Assembly (NCBI RefSeq): GCF_009914755.1
Contig: NC_060929.1
Direction: 5' to 3' (one strand)
DNA length: 64,000 bases
Origin: the human T2T-CHM13v2.0 reference genome, Homo sapiens
Part shown: one piece after another, positions 1-13,209 of the stretch
Numbering within the stretch: position 1 is the first letter of the stretch
Layout: each line of letters starts with the position of its first letter
Position numbers and translations under genes: made by a program
Notes under the pieces: model-generated
The model's input: the letters and a program-made list of their open reading frames with translations, nothing else
What the model was told of the DNA's origin: nothing
Database searches by the model: none

Positions 1-1472
1 CACAGGTCAAGCAAATAGGCATGGCCCAGAATCTCTAAACCTTCATCGCATCAACCCCATTCTCTGCCACCTACCAGATCAATGGGACACTGTTTTGGGG
101 ACCAAAGACACTGCTCACCTCTGCCCCACACTTAGGAAATAGGCCTTCATATTCTGCTGCTCAGCAGGCCTCACAGAGTTCAACACTAAACTCCTGTTGC
201 AAAGAGCACCCAGAAAGAGAATGCACCAGCAGCACAGTCAGTCCCAGGCTCTTCCTGTGGGAGTCATCAAGAAACACAGTTCCCAGGGCCTCTACAGACA
301 AAAGAATGACACCCAATCATCATGCTAGTTCTAATAGGGTCTAGAGATGTTTAATGGCATCACTGTGCCCCGTGAGACACAGAAGTCACAACAACTCATG
401 AAAAGGAAAGTGTTCATTGAGATACTCTCTAGTGTTGACTTAGTTGAGCCTATTATTGTTAACCAGATGGTTACTGTCTGCATCAAACTGGCAATCTGGA
501 GCAGCAGGCTTCCCCTCAGTGGTGCACTGCCATGGCCGGACCCCTCCCTGCAGTCTTCTCTCCTCAGATAAAATGGCAAGCCTCGTACTCTACCAACTGC
601 AGACCAAAGAATGAAGAGGTTGGCACTCAAGAGATATTTTACTTCATAGACAGAGGAATGTCACCTCTGCACTGCGCTGAGCACCTTCACAATGAAAGAT
701 TCAGATCTTCAGATAACAATTTAAAAATTTAGATGTGTGTGCCTGCCAGGATCTAACTGCCTCGCTAGTTAGATCCAGCTCAACAAAAGTACTTAAAATC
801 TTTTCTGCTGGTTCCTATTTCAAAAGAAATCCCTGATGGAGGAAGCACAGACCTTCCAGTATCACTCATAAACTTTTCAATACAAATATGAAACTCAGTT
901 CAGAGCAAGTATCATCTGACTGGGTTTCTCTCCTTCATCCCTGAATGTGTGTGTATACAGGCATACACGGCGTGCACGCGCGCACACACACAGCCATCAG
1001 CATGGCATGCTTGCTGAAGATTCAAGCACTCCTGCGTGAAAATGCAAGTACACTATGTCAGGTCAGCCCCACTATGACATCAAAAACCCCCCACCAAAGA
1101 AAAAACACCCCGGGAAAGGAGCCAGGAAAGGGAAACGCCTCCTTGAAACAGCCTGAGAAAGGCAATCTGATTCAGCCTGTGCTGAAACTATTCCCGAACA
1201 CCAGCCAGGAAGTCCCTTCTTTCAGGGTGCTCCGCTGCCTAGCAAACCCAGACCTGCCTTTGCGGAAGCCAGATCTCTGGAGATTCAAGCCCTGGAACGG
1301 GTGATTTGGAAAGCGGCTTTCCTGCTCTTGTTCTGGCGCCCTTTAAGATCCATCAGTGGCCAGGTCTTCCAACTCTGCCTAGCCAATGCAAACACAAAAG
1401 CTGGTGGCTGCACCGCAAGCACACATACACTTACATACACACACAACACAGCACACACTTATACATACATAC

Positions 1473-1486
1473 CTTTCACCCTCCAT
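1473..1486 (-). CDS. KLHL3: KLHL3 (kelch-like 3, CUL3 adaptor for WNK kinases): coding part of exon 1 (M-E-G-E-S, phase-2 intron); the rest of the gene lies left of the window
   Basis: Minus strand reads ACA-ATG GAG GGT GAA AG|GTATGT: strong Kozak (A-3, G+4) and canonical donor at 1467-1472. Matches the recalled KLHL3 N-terminus MEGES and the known adjacency to HNRNPA0. Confidence 0.88.
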
Positions 1487-2050
1487 TGTGTGAGGCCCAG
1501 CCAGGGTGGTAGCTGCTGAACTGTGTATGCACTCGGGGATCCTAGTTCTGTTCTTGATTCTCCCAGCAGACCAGTGGGAAATCTGATCAGCAACAGTGAT
1601 TCAGCATGGCTGCAAGTGAAGCCTCCTCCCTTCTCAATCCTCCTTCCTCTGACTTACTCGCAGCAGCTTCTACCGCAAAAGCAGCAGCAACAGAAAATGT
1701 CTTACCCAGAGCTCCCTGCAGCCCTTTCAGCTGCTAAAAGCAGCAACCCACTTGCTCCCCCTCCCCCGCAGGCTTGCTGCTCCTTGGTCTCCTAGGAACG
1801 GCGGCAGCTCCAGCGACCCAGGTGCACTGCCACCTTTCCAGCTTCCTCTGCATCTGCCCAGGCATCCCCAGCCCAGGCGATTAGCCCGCCCCTGGGGCTC
1901 CTGCCTCCTCTGTCTAGGCTGCAAAGAATCAGGCAGTTCGTCACTAGCCCGAGAAATACTGGCCCCTACACCCTCCCCTGCTCCCATAGGCTATGAGTCT
2001 GTCAGCCTGGCCAGATTGCTGGAATGAGGAGGCCCCTCTGTGGCCTGCAG
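1487..2050 (-). promoter_or_regulatory. KLHL3: KLHL3 5'UTR and proximal promoter region (TSS probably ~1900-2000)
   Basis: GC-richer, repeat-free sequence directly upstream of the KLHL3 ATG, with a GC-box-like GCCCGCCC near 1884-1891. TSS position is inferred. Confidence 0.55.
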
Positions 2051-4270
2051 TGGAGTTTATCATCCACCTGGGGAAATTCACTTGTAGGTCACAGTTTATG
2101 TTCCAAATCCTCCTCCCAAATTCTGTAGTAGCTCTGAGTGTCTGATAGATGGGGAGAAGTTAAGGGAAAAGCACCTGACAGAAGTGAGAAAAACACAGAG
2201 AGAAATTAAGAGAATACAGAGAGAAATTGGAAAACTAGTCGAAAAAGAGAGGTAGTACAAATAGGTGAAACTGAAACAAACCCTATTTTACTGCAAGAGG
2301 CCAAAGACTACTGCAGTAAAGCTATCACAATGAATACTAAAATATCTTAGCACAATCCTAAAATATCTTCCTAAAATCTGTCATATTGGAATTTAACTTA
2401 AGCAGTGGCTCCAACTAGTAAGTCTCCCACTGAACCCCCATATCCAGCCAAAGATCTTTCACATCCTGTAATCTCCAGCTGCTGAGCTTCAATTTAGACT
2501 AATTTAACTCTCCCTGCCTGAAATGCCTTCTCCAATCCCAGTCCTTTAGTCTTTCTGGGAGTCCAGTCAAATCCCATGTCTTCATAAAACCTTCCCTAAT
2601 CACACCAATGACAGTCAATCACCACCAAAATACACAAACTATACTTTCCTGTATCGTCATCTCACACCTAATATACAGTCTTGGCTAATTCATTATTTAT
2701 AAATCTTCTTTCCCAAACTAAAACATAATCTTGTGGAAGGCATGAGGCCAGTCTGTATATCCTAGCCACAGAGGCTTAGAGGTAACTGGGACAATTAGCT
2801 GCAAAAAGTGGTGCAGAAGCTATCCTAATGCCTCAGAAAAAAATCAGCTATGAGCATCTCTCTTCTGGGACACCTCATGGCACCCCTGGGCTTTTCCGAA
2901 TCCACACCAGCACTCACTGGGTGAGTGACTTTCCTGAGTAGTGTTCTCCACACTCTGGACCTCATGCTCAGCTACTCATTCACAATATAGGGTCAGACCA
3001 GACAATCTTTAGAGTCCCTTTCAGCTCCAAGATCACAGGATTCTAAAAATGTTTTAAATGGTCCGTTTTTCTTCTCAGAGTAATCCGTGTGATTGTTTAA
3101 GAAGAAATACTAGGCTCCAATGTGTTGTAGGGGGCTTCAAGGAGGATAACATGATGTAGGTGAAAGTACGAAGAGACGCTCAGTAAATCTATCATCCTTA
3201 TCATTTTAACCTGTTAAATTTCTTCACTACTACAAAGCCCTAAAACCACAGAAGGAAGAGAGGAACACTGAGGTGACAGAAAGTAAAAGTAACTAAAACT
3301 TTATATAGCCTCCTGAACTCAAACTGGCTACAGGGTTATTCTCAAAGATTACCTCCCCTGGCACCTCAGTGTTCTCTTAGACAAGGCCATTACTCACACT
3401 CACTCTTTCTCAAGTGAGAAGAGGCCTGGATAATTTCATTTACACCCCACAGGGCTGTATCTTCACTTCTTCCTTGCACAACAATACCCCTCATATCTTG
3501 TTCCCTCTATGTCCCTTCCTCCTCTAATCAGCCTTGTGGCCCTGCTCCAGATATTTCCTCTTGAGGCCAATCACAGGGACCACAAAAAGCTGAACATCAC
3601 AAATAAGGAAACTGAATCTCGGAATCCGTGCCAGAGTTCAGACATCCACCAGGAACACAACTGGGTGATTCATAAAAGGGACATAAGAAAGAGATGACTC
3701 CTCCTTTGCACATACCCACGTTTACATATTCGCCATACAGGAAGGTGTGGAAATGCCACATCTAACAAACCAGACAAAGAAAAAAGATCAGAAAAGGAAA
3801 TATGTAAGGGTTGTATGTATTCAAGTTTCAAAATATAACTATTAAGAGCCAGTATAAAACCCTGCTAAATTTCCCTGCAAAACCATACGACTACACCTTC
3901 ATACTTTATTCACCACTCATGATTCACAGGAGGTAGACAGAATAGAGAACACTCAGAAGAGGCCATTTAGAAAAGAAAGGTCATCTTAAGCAAAAAGAAC
4001 AAAACTGGAGGCACCACATTAACTGACTTCAAACTATACTACAAGGCTACAGTAACCAAAACAGTATGGTATTGGTACAAAAACAGACACATAGACCAAT
4101 GGAACAGAAAAGAGAACCCAGAAATAAAGCTGTTCACCTACAACCAACTGATTTTCGACAAAGTCAACAAAAATAAGCAATGGGGAAAGGACTTCAATAA
4201 ATGATGCTGGGATAACTGGCTATCCATATGCAGAAGAAACTGGACCCTATCACCATATATAAAAATTAAC

Positions 4271-4612
<342 letters not shown>

Positions 4613-5545
4613 TTAAAAAAGGAAAAAAACCTAGGAAATACCCTTCTAGCAATGCAGCAAAAGCAAAAATTGACAAGTAAGACCTAATTAAACTAAAGAG
4701 CTTCGTATAGCAAAAGAAACTATCAACAGAGTAAACAGACAATGTACGGAATAGGAGAAAATATTCATAAACTGCATCTGACAAAGGTCTAATATGCAGA
4801 ATCTATAAGGAATTTAATTCAACAAGCAAAAAACATGTAAACCCATTTTTAAAAGTGGGCAATGGACATGAACAGACGTTTCTCAAAAGAAGACATACAA
4901 ACAGCCAACAAACATGAAAAAATGCTCATCGTCACTACTCACCAGAGAAATGCAAATCAAAACCACAATGAGATACCATCTCACACCAGTCAAAATGACC
5001 ATTATTAAAAAGTCTAAAAATAACAGATGTTGTCAAGGCTGTGGAGGAAAGGGAATGCTTATACACTGCTGGTGAATGTAAATTAGTTCAGCTACTATGG
5101 AAGGCAGTCTGGAGATTTCTCAAAGAACTAAAAATAGAACCACCATTCGACCCAGCAATCCCATTACTAGGTATATGCTCAAAAGAAAATAAACCATTCT
5201 GCCAAAAAGGCACATGCACTTGTATGTTCATCGCAGCACTATTCAAAATAGCAAAGACAAAAAATCAAGTTAGGTGCCCATCAATGGTGGACTGAATAAA
5301 GAATGTGTGGTATATATATACCAAGGAATACTACACAGTCATAAAAAAAGAATAAAATCATGTCCTCTGTGGCAACATGAAAGCAGCGAGAGGCCATTAT
5401 CCTATGTGAATTAGTGCAGAAATAGAAAACCAAATGTCACACATTCTCAGTTATAAGTGGGAGCTAAACATTGGGTACATATGGACGTGAAGATGGGAAC
5501 AATAGATACTGGGGACTACTAGAGGATGGAGGGAGGGAAAAGGGG

Positions 5546-5962
5546 TTATATGATTTGGATGTTGGTAGCCTCCAAATCTCATGCTGGAATGTAATCCTCA
5601 GTGTTAGAGTTGGAGATAGGGCCTAGTGGGAGGTGCTTGGGTCATAGGGGCAGATCACTCATAATAGTTTCACACTGTCCCCATAATAAAGAGTTTTCAC
5701 TCTGAGTTCACTCGAGATCTGGTTGTTTAAAAGTGTGTGGCACCTTCCTCCTCACTCTCTTGCCTCTGCTCTCATCACGTGATATACCAGCTCCCCCTTT
5801 GCCTTCCACCACAATTGTAAGCTTCCTGAGGCCTCCCCGGAAGCAGATGCCAGCACGCTTCCTGTACAGCCTGCAGAGCCATGAGGCAATTAAACCTCTT
5901 TTCTTTATAAATTACCAAGCCTCAGGTATTTCTTTATAACAACACAATAACCACCTAATACA
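5546..5962 (+). mobile_element. MSTA/MSTB MaLR solo LTR
   Basis: MST hallmark sequence ending CCTAATACA; near 5-bp TSD AGGGG/AGGAG. Confidence 0.85.
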
Positions 5963-6460
5963 AGGAGCAAGCCTAAAAAGGTAGTTGAAAAGCTACCTAT
6001 TGGGTACCATGCTCATTACCTAGGTGACAGGATCATTCATACCCCAAACCTCAGCATCATGCAAGATACCCATGTAACAAACCTGTACATGTACCCCTCG
6101 ATCTAAAATTAAAGATGAAATTTAGGAAAAAAAAAAAAAAGGAAGAAAGGTTATCTAGCAAAACCAGGGGCAGAGCTGAGTCAAGAAGCAAAGTCTCCAG
6201 ACTCCTGGCACAAAGTTCCTACCCCCAATATTTTCCAGTTTCAGAAACACATTTTACATTTTCTACCTTATTATCCAAATGTTCTCTGGACCACAGTCTG
6301 AACCTGTTTGCTCTATGCTAATTTTCCTGACTGGACTTCAGATTAAGGACAGTTGCTATTGGAGTCCTGCAGTAGAGGAGAGTCAAAATAATCAATGTGG
6401 TATCTGTCTGGAGAAAAAGGTCCCATCCTCAGATTGCTCAGCAATAATAGTGTCTTAGTC

Positions 6461-6804
6461 CAGCAGGCCCCAACCTTTTTGGCACCAGGGACCAGTTTCA
6501 TGGAAGGCAACTTTTCCAAGGATGGGGGTGGGGGGTCAGGGGGGATGATGGTTTCAGGATGAAACTGTTCCACCTCAGATCATCAGGCATTAGATAGCTT
6601 CTCAAGGAGCGCACAACCTAGATCCCTTGCACACACAGTTCACAATAGGGTTCATGCTCCTAGGAGAATCTAATGCCACTGCTGAGCTGACAGGAGACAG
6701 AGGTCAGGTGGTCATGCTCGCTTGCCGGCTGCTCACCTCCTGCTGTGCATCCCAATTCTTAACAGGCCATGGACCAGTACCAGTCTGTGACCTAGGGACC
6801 ACTG
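6461..6804 (-). mobile_element. MER1B hAT-Charlie MITE (non-autonomous Charlie3 derivative)
   Basis: CAG...CTG termini, MER1B internal sequence, 8-bp TSD TCTTAGTC/TCTTAGCC. Confidence 0.9.
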
Positions 6805-7461
6805 TCTTAGCCCAGTCCTTCCCACACCCCAGCCTTCTTCTACAGCTTATCAAAAGTCCCTAGTGGCCCCAGATCTCTACCCCAAAGCAATGTATTCAGC
6901 CATCTACACCAACTTTGTTTAGAATCATTCAGCTCTTATGTGGCTTAGGAAGAAACCATGTTGGGAGGAGAAACTTTTTTAAGCTAGGTTTTATCTAGAA
7001 AGTTCTCTCTTCCATACTCTATCTCTGTACAGGGAGCCAGTTAAATTTATCTGAAGACAGCTAAGCCAATCATTCTTCCTTGTAAATGCTCTTTTTCTTT
7101 TCTTGCCTTTACCCTCCTTCTCCAGGACATCAGTTCCTCACATTTGCAGGCACCATAACACAGTACAATGGTCCCACACCTAGCTGTGCATCAGAACCAT
7201 CTGCCCAGCTGGTTAAAATGGTAGGTGTCAGATCAATAGGCATGAAGAAAAGTTTTTAGGGTTATAGAAATGTTCCGTATCTTGACTGTGGTAATACCTA
7301 CACAACTGTATACAAGTACTGCATTTCATTAAACTATACACTTAAAATGGGTTTATTTATGCAAATTATACCTCAATAAATCTGGAAAAATGAAAAAACA
7401 CTACAGGGTCCGGCTCTTCCTCACACCCATAGAATCAGGGCCTGAGGAACAGGAATTTTTT

Positions 7462-7600
7462 TAATTTTTTTCCTTTAGTTTTAGAGACGGGGTCTCTCTA
7501 TGTTGCCCAGGCTGGTCTCGAACTCCTTGGGCTCAAGCAGTGCTCCCGCCTCAGCCTCCCAAAACGCTGGGATGGACAGGTGTGAGCTATCGCACCCACT
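7462..7600 (-). mobile_element. Alu monomer (FLAM-like) inside MER5/L1M fragments
   Basis: Single Alu left-arm sequence preceded by a T-rich tract. Confidence 0.75.
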
Positions 7601-7689
7601 AGGAACGGGAATTTTAATGAACTTCGTAGGTGACTCTAATGCACAGCTAGATGCAAACATCACCTGAACAATGAAAAGAGCCCAGACCA

Positions 7690-8560
7690 TTAAAATCAGA
7701 CAGGGCAAGGTCCAAATGTACTTACCAGAAACATGACCCTAGGCAAGTTACAAGCTTCGATTTTTCTCATTCGAAAAAAGGTGAGAACAATAGTACCTAC
7801 TTCACAGCATTGTTAGGTTAGAATGTAAAGCACTTAGCTGAGAGCCTGGCCTATAATAAGCACTCAGCAACCATTAGTAGCTATGATTTTCATTGTCTGT
7901 GCCAATGCTACCGAACCTGAGCACTCGGTCCTAGGTTCAAGAAGAAAATTAACCAGGGTAGGGCCTCTCCTGGAGCTATTTTCACATCTCCACTGGTTAC
8001 TATTACCAACAGGTCAGCAAGGAGTAGACAAGACCAAAGCTAAATTAAGGTCCACCCACACCTGTATCACCAAAATGCCCTCTCATATTCAGGAGCACTT
8101 GCCAAGTGCCCTCAGACAGCCAGGCAGAAACTGAAAAGGAACTTGAGACCCCAAAAAGTCAAAAGAGAAACAAAACAGCACCTTATCCAGAGGAATAAGG
8201 ACTCTTCCTCTGAAGGTAAAAGAATTCACGCCAAGTAGATTCCAGAGTATAATCACTCATGCCATTTGTGTTGCATTTTTAAGCTTACAAAGTGCTTCAT
8301 ATCCATCATCTCCTTTGACTTAAGACAACATCCCCTGAATGGTAATAATAGCTCCCATTCCTTGAATATTTACTCTGGGCCAGACCCTGTATTCCACACT
8401 TCACATGTACCCTTGTCATTTAATTCTCACAACCCTGTAGGACTATTATTTCTCTTTTAAACATGAGAGAATCGAGGTTCTGAGAGTTAAATAACTTGAA
8501 CCAAGGCCCCACAGTTAGTAAATGGCAAAGCTGGAATTTGAACCCAGGTCTGCCTGACCT
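7690..8560. mobile_element. MIR fragments (~7690-7880 plus; ~8340-8560 minus)
   Basis: MIR core motifs (GGCAAGTTAC...AATAGTACCTAC; GGAATTTGAACCCAGGTCTG). Confidence 0.65.
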
Positions 8561-9865
8561 AAGAGACCACTATTAGCTATACACAGAATGTACTACCCCT
8601 ATCTTACTGTCTCCATTTTAGAGATAAGCTAATTGAGACAGAGAGAAAAGGTAACTGGCTCAAAACTACTTGGAGAGCCAACCTCAGTGCAGAACCAGAC
8701 CCTCAGATGCCTGGCCTAATGCCTTTTTCACCTTACCTCTGGATGAGGAAAAACAGCTTTGAACCCCTAAAGATATTACATACAAGCTGGCATCCAAGGC
8801 TTCCAAACAGCTACTATAATAAAGTCCTTCCACCTGGATTCATCTGGGCACCTAGCTTATTAACCAGGACTAGCCAAAGAATGCTCTTGGGGAAAGCTGG
8901 AAGAGTACCACTGGAACCCAAGGGAATTAAAAAAAAAAAAAAAAAAAAGGCGGGTGGGTGGGGGGCAGACCAACTAAAGCAACAAGCAGAGTGCTTCACA
9001 CAGACCAGCACACTGGTCTCTGAGTCTTCCCATGAATCTGCAACCTACAACTGGTGCCCTCTGCTGGCAAAAGTATACATCTCTTCATAACAAAAGTAAA
9101 ACCTAATTACTACAACTGGGGCTTAAGAAGGAAAAAAATATATGCTTCCTTCACAGACATTCTATTCAGGAATGAACATTATTTCTTACTTACAACTTTC
9201 CAATAGGCATATGCAACTTTAAATTGACTGCAATGATCCTCTCCTCTATCTGCTGCCCCTGCCTCACGCCTGCAGTTCTTTCCTTTCGGGATCCAAAGAA
9301 AATTGGGCTGTTTTACATAAAAAGGTAAAATATAAATGAATGATGCAAAGCCCTAAAGTCAAGAATACAGTGATGTGTATGTGGGTGAGATCAGGTCTGC
9401 ACATCTAGCAAGTACAGAGAATTGAGGCAGGCACACACTTGAAGTGATATAAAACCCATGGGCACGTATGCTCAAACATTTTGGTAAATCTCTACCTTCG
9501 TAAAATAGCATGCTTATGATTCAGTCAACTAAGTCTCACTGAATATCTACTATGCAGGCTGTACCAGAGACTGACAACATAAATCCTATATTAATATAAT
9601 TCCAAAGAGCACACAAGCTGTTTGAGAAAATTAGACATAGGCATATACAATGGTAAAAAGTATGAGAGTCAAGTACAGAAAGGGTATCATGGAAACTTGG
9701 TGGGAGAAGAGGCAACTTCCAGTTGGGGAGAGGGTGGATGACATGAGAATAGAAATAAATTGAGAACTTAATAATTCTATGGAGTTTTTAAAAGGTATTC
9801 ATAATTGTAAATATTTGCAAATAGGTAATTTCAACGTCCCATGATTTCATTTAAAAAATTTTTTT

Positions 9866-10170
9866 GGCCGGGCATGGTGGCTCACACCTGTAATCCCAGC
9901 ACTTTGGGAGGACAAGGAGAGAGGACCGCTTGAGCACAGTAGTTTTGAGACCAGCCTGGGGAACATGGTAAGACCTCATCTCTACAAAAAAAATTTTAAA
10001 ACTTAACCAGGCATAGTGGTGTGCACCTGTAGTCCTAGCTACTTGGAAGGCATGGGCAGAGGGATCACCTGAGCCCAGGAGTTTGAGGCTGCAGTGAGCC
10101 ATGATTGCACCACCACTGTGCTACAGCCTGGGCAACAGGGCAAGCCCTTGTCTTTAAAAAAATATTTAAA
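9866..10170 (+). mobile_element. AluJ element
   Basis: Alu consensus with J-type GAGCCCAGGAGTTTGAGGCTGCAG. Confidence 0.9.
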
Positions 10171-10287
10171 AGATACAATTTTTTCATCCCACTACTTTAA
10201 TATACTTACATATTTATTATGTTAAATAATATATTTTTTCATTACAATTTCTATTGTGGTAAAATATACATTAAATTTGCCATTTTA

Positions 10288-10591
10288 GGCCAGGTGTGGT
10301 GGCTCACACTTGTAATCCCAGGATTTTGGTAGGCTGAGGTGGGAGGATCACTTGAGCCCAGGAGTTCAATACTAGCCTGGGCAATATAGCAAGACTCCAT
10401 CTCTACAAAAAGATTTTTTAAATTAGCTAGCTGTGGTGGCGCGTGCCTGTAGTCAGTTCTAGCTACGGGGGAGGCTGAGGTGGGAGGATCACTTGAGCCC
10501 ACAGTTCGAAGCTCCAGTGAGCTATGATCATGCCACTGCACTCCAGCCTGGGCACCAGAGTAAGACCCGGCCTCCAAAAAAAAGAAAAAAA
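10288..10591 (+). mobile_element. AluJ element inserted in an old L1M fragment
   Basis: Alu consensus; GCCATTTTA repeated on both flanks (TSD). Confidence 0.9.
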
Positions 10592-11416
10592 GCCATTTTA
10601 ACCATTTTTAAATATACGATTCATCAGCATTAAGTACATTCATAATGTTGTATAACAATCACCACTATCCATTTTCAGAACTTTCTCAACATCTGAAAAG
10701 AAATTCTGTATCCCTTAAACAGTAATTTCCCATTTCTATCTCTCTGAATTTGCCTACTCTGGGTACCTCATTTAAGTGCAATCATAGTATGTCCTTTTGT
10801 GCAGGCTTATTTCACTTGGCATGTTTTCATTCATCTTGTAGCATATACCAGAAATTTATTCTTTCTTATGGCTGAATATTCCATTGTATGTATATACCAC
10901 ATCTTGTTAATTCATTCACCTGATAACACTGAGTTAATATTTCACCTTTTGACAGACCACAGTTAACATTTCCCTAATATTTGACATTTAGTTTCCAATT
11001 TTTTGCTACGTCATAATTTTTATGCAAAGACTGTTTTCCTTTCAATAAATTTTTCAATAAACTGTTCTGTTAAGGTTAAATTCCTAGTAATGGTGTCCCA
11101 GAGCATATGAATACTTTAATAGTTCTTAATAAATAAATCCATAATTTTACTCTCCTCATTTGCCATTTTTCATAACCTGATGGACAAATTCCGGTCAGCA
11201 GTTTGTTACAAATGTATAAAGTGTGACAAAACCAAATGGAGGGAAGCTTTTGGAGAAAGAAAAGGAATTAACAAAGCAGAAACAGCTCAGAAGAGCTCTC
11301 CACTAGACAGAGCTGGCTGACTTCTGTGACAGGTTGCCCAACTGCTCCTTCTATCCATAACCTGATGTTTTCCAATTAACTTGGTGACTCTTTGAAAAAA
11401 AAAAAAAAAATCTGCC

Positions 11417-11931
11417 TGTGTCAGGGATCCCCCGGACCAAGCCCATATTGAGATTTGATAGAAGGGTTCACAAAACTCAGCACTGCTAAGTATCGTACTC
11501 ATGGCTAAAGTTTATTACAGTGACACAGTAAGTGTACACAGTTGGATCATACAGGAAAAAGACATAAGCAGAATCTGGAGGAATCCATGTGCAGGCTTCT
11601 TTAGGATCTCTCCCTCCCATGAAGATTCACACAGAGCACATTTTTATACGAGGGATGTTTCTGCCTAGGGACTCAGTATGCAAGGTTTTCATTGGGAGTT
11701 TGGTCATATAGACATCCTTTACCTGGCATGTACCAAAATTCCATACTCCCAGAAGGAAAGCAGGTGTTTAGCATAAATCATCTTGTTTGAACAGTCTAGG
11801 TACAGTGAACCACCTTTATTAGTGAACAGTGAGAATACCCCTAAATCCACGTGTTCAGATAAGGGCCAACCATGCAAGTAGGCCACTCTAAAAGATACCA
11901 GCCTCAGGCCAGATATAACTTTTTCTGCACA
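11417..11931 (-). mobile_element. MER68/MER77/MER21-family ERVL solo LTR
   Basis: Minus strand starts TGTGCAGAAAAAGTTATA and ends GGGGATCCCTGACACA, matching recalled family termini; internal AATAAA at 11511-11516. Confidence 0.8.
11511..11516 (-). terminator. HNRNPA0: Candidate distal poly(A) signal (AATAAA) of a long HNRNPA0 3'UTR, inside the LTR
   Basis: TTTATT on the plus strand, same orientation as HNRNPA0; position agrees with my recollection of a ~8.7-kb annotated transcript span. Confidence 0.55.
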
Positions 11932-12114
11932 CCCCCAATTCAAGATTCATTTTGGCCAAAAAGCAGCATCTCTCAACATATATATGTAGATACCTATGGT
12001 AGAGTTGAAAAGATTGTGGATCACTTATACCTTATCCAAGTAGTTCTGATTGCTTTCCTTATAAACCTTCATTGAAAGCAGCTGTATGAAAGGAATAGGA
12101 ATTTTGGGAAACAC

Positions 12115-12640
12115 ATCTTTTAAAATTCAAATCAGATCATGGAACTCCTCTGCTCAAAACTGAAATGGTTCACCATTCATTTAGTGAAAACCAAAATCCT
12201 TACAACAACCTACAAATCCCTACATGATCTGGCCCCTCTGGCCTCATTATTCCTTTCCTCCTCTTCCTTCAGGTCCAACAACCCTGAACAATTTGCATTT
12301 CTTCAGAGGCCAGACACAGTCCTGCTTCAGGGCTTTTGCTCTTCCTAATCCTCTACCTAGAATGCTCTTCCCATACCTATATTGCTCACTCCCACATTTC
12401 CTTCAAGTCTTTGCTCAAATGTCACTTTCTGAGAGACCTACCCATACCACCTATTTTAAAGTATGCTATCCTCACAAACATCCCTTGCAACAATCGCCAT
12501 TCCTCACCCTAATTTTTTCTATACTTCTCATCTTCTAACATACCATATAATTGATTATGTCTTATTGCCTGTCTCTCCCCAGTAAAATATAAGCTCTTTG
12601 AGGGCAGGGATTTTTGTCTTTTTCTTCTGTATTTCCAGCA
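12115..12640 (+). mobile_element. L2 3' fragment
   Basis: L2 motifs (AATCAGATCATG...AAGCTCTTTGAGGGCAGGGA). Confidence 0.75.
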
Positions 12641-12809
12641 CAATCACCCAGCAGAAGAGTAACAAATTTTAACTTGACATAGTAAGAAACAGGGAGGCAC
12701 TGAATTTAGGGATAGTAACCTAGTGCAAATAGCTAGATCTTCACGTTTGGTGGTGTGGGAAGATCAAGTCATAAGAAAATGTGAAAGAAGTTTTTTTTTT
12801 TAATTTCAC

Positions 12810-13209
12810 TGAAGAGATGACCACAGTATATTCAGTTATTGAAGAGTTTTAATAAAAGGAACTATTTACAAGGGTATGGGCACAGTTAAGGCAAATCAAC
12901 AAGGTTTGAACCTTCTTGGGACTAGAGAATCTAGCAATAGGAGACAGTTACGAGAAGCCAGAAAAGACCTAGAGCTATAAGAGGGCCACTGGAGCAGAGC
13001 TGTGGCCACTCACAATCTCTTGCTAAGTATATGAGAAAGAGAAGGAGCAAATATTTCAGCCTCACTTTTCTATCACTGTCCAAACCCACCATGAATAAAG
13101 CCAGAAAAGAGAGTATGCAGTTCTTTATTTGTCAGCCTCCCAGGAACACAGAACAAGAGAGATAAAGATGGAAAATAGATCAGGAAGGGCAAAAAGAATA
13201 TCCAGCACA
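12810..13209 (-). mobile_element. LTR33-like old ERVL LTR
   Basis: TTTAATAAAAGGAACTATTTACAAGGG ... GAATATCCAGCACA resembles the recalled LTR33 consensus. Confidence 0.55.

Noticed and set aside
331-1304. Short ORFs in KLHL3 intron 1
   Set aside because: No homology or exon structure recognisable; lengths are compatible with chance.
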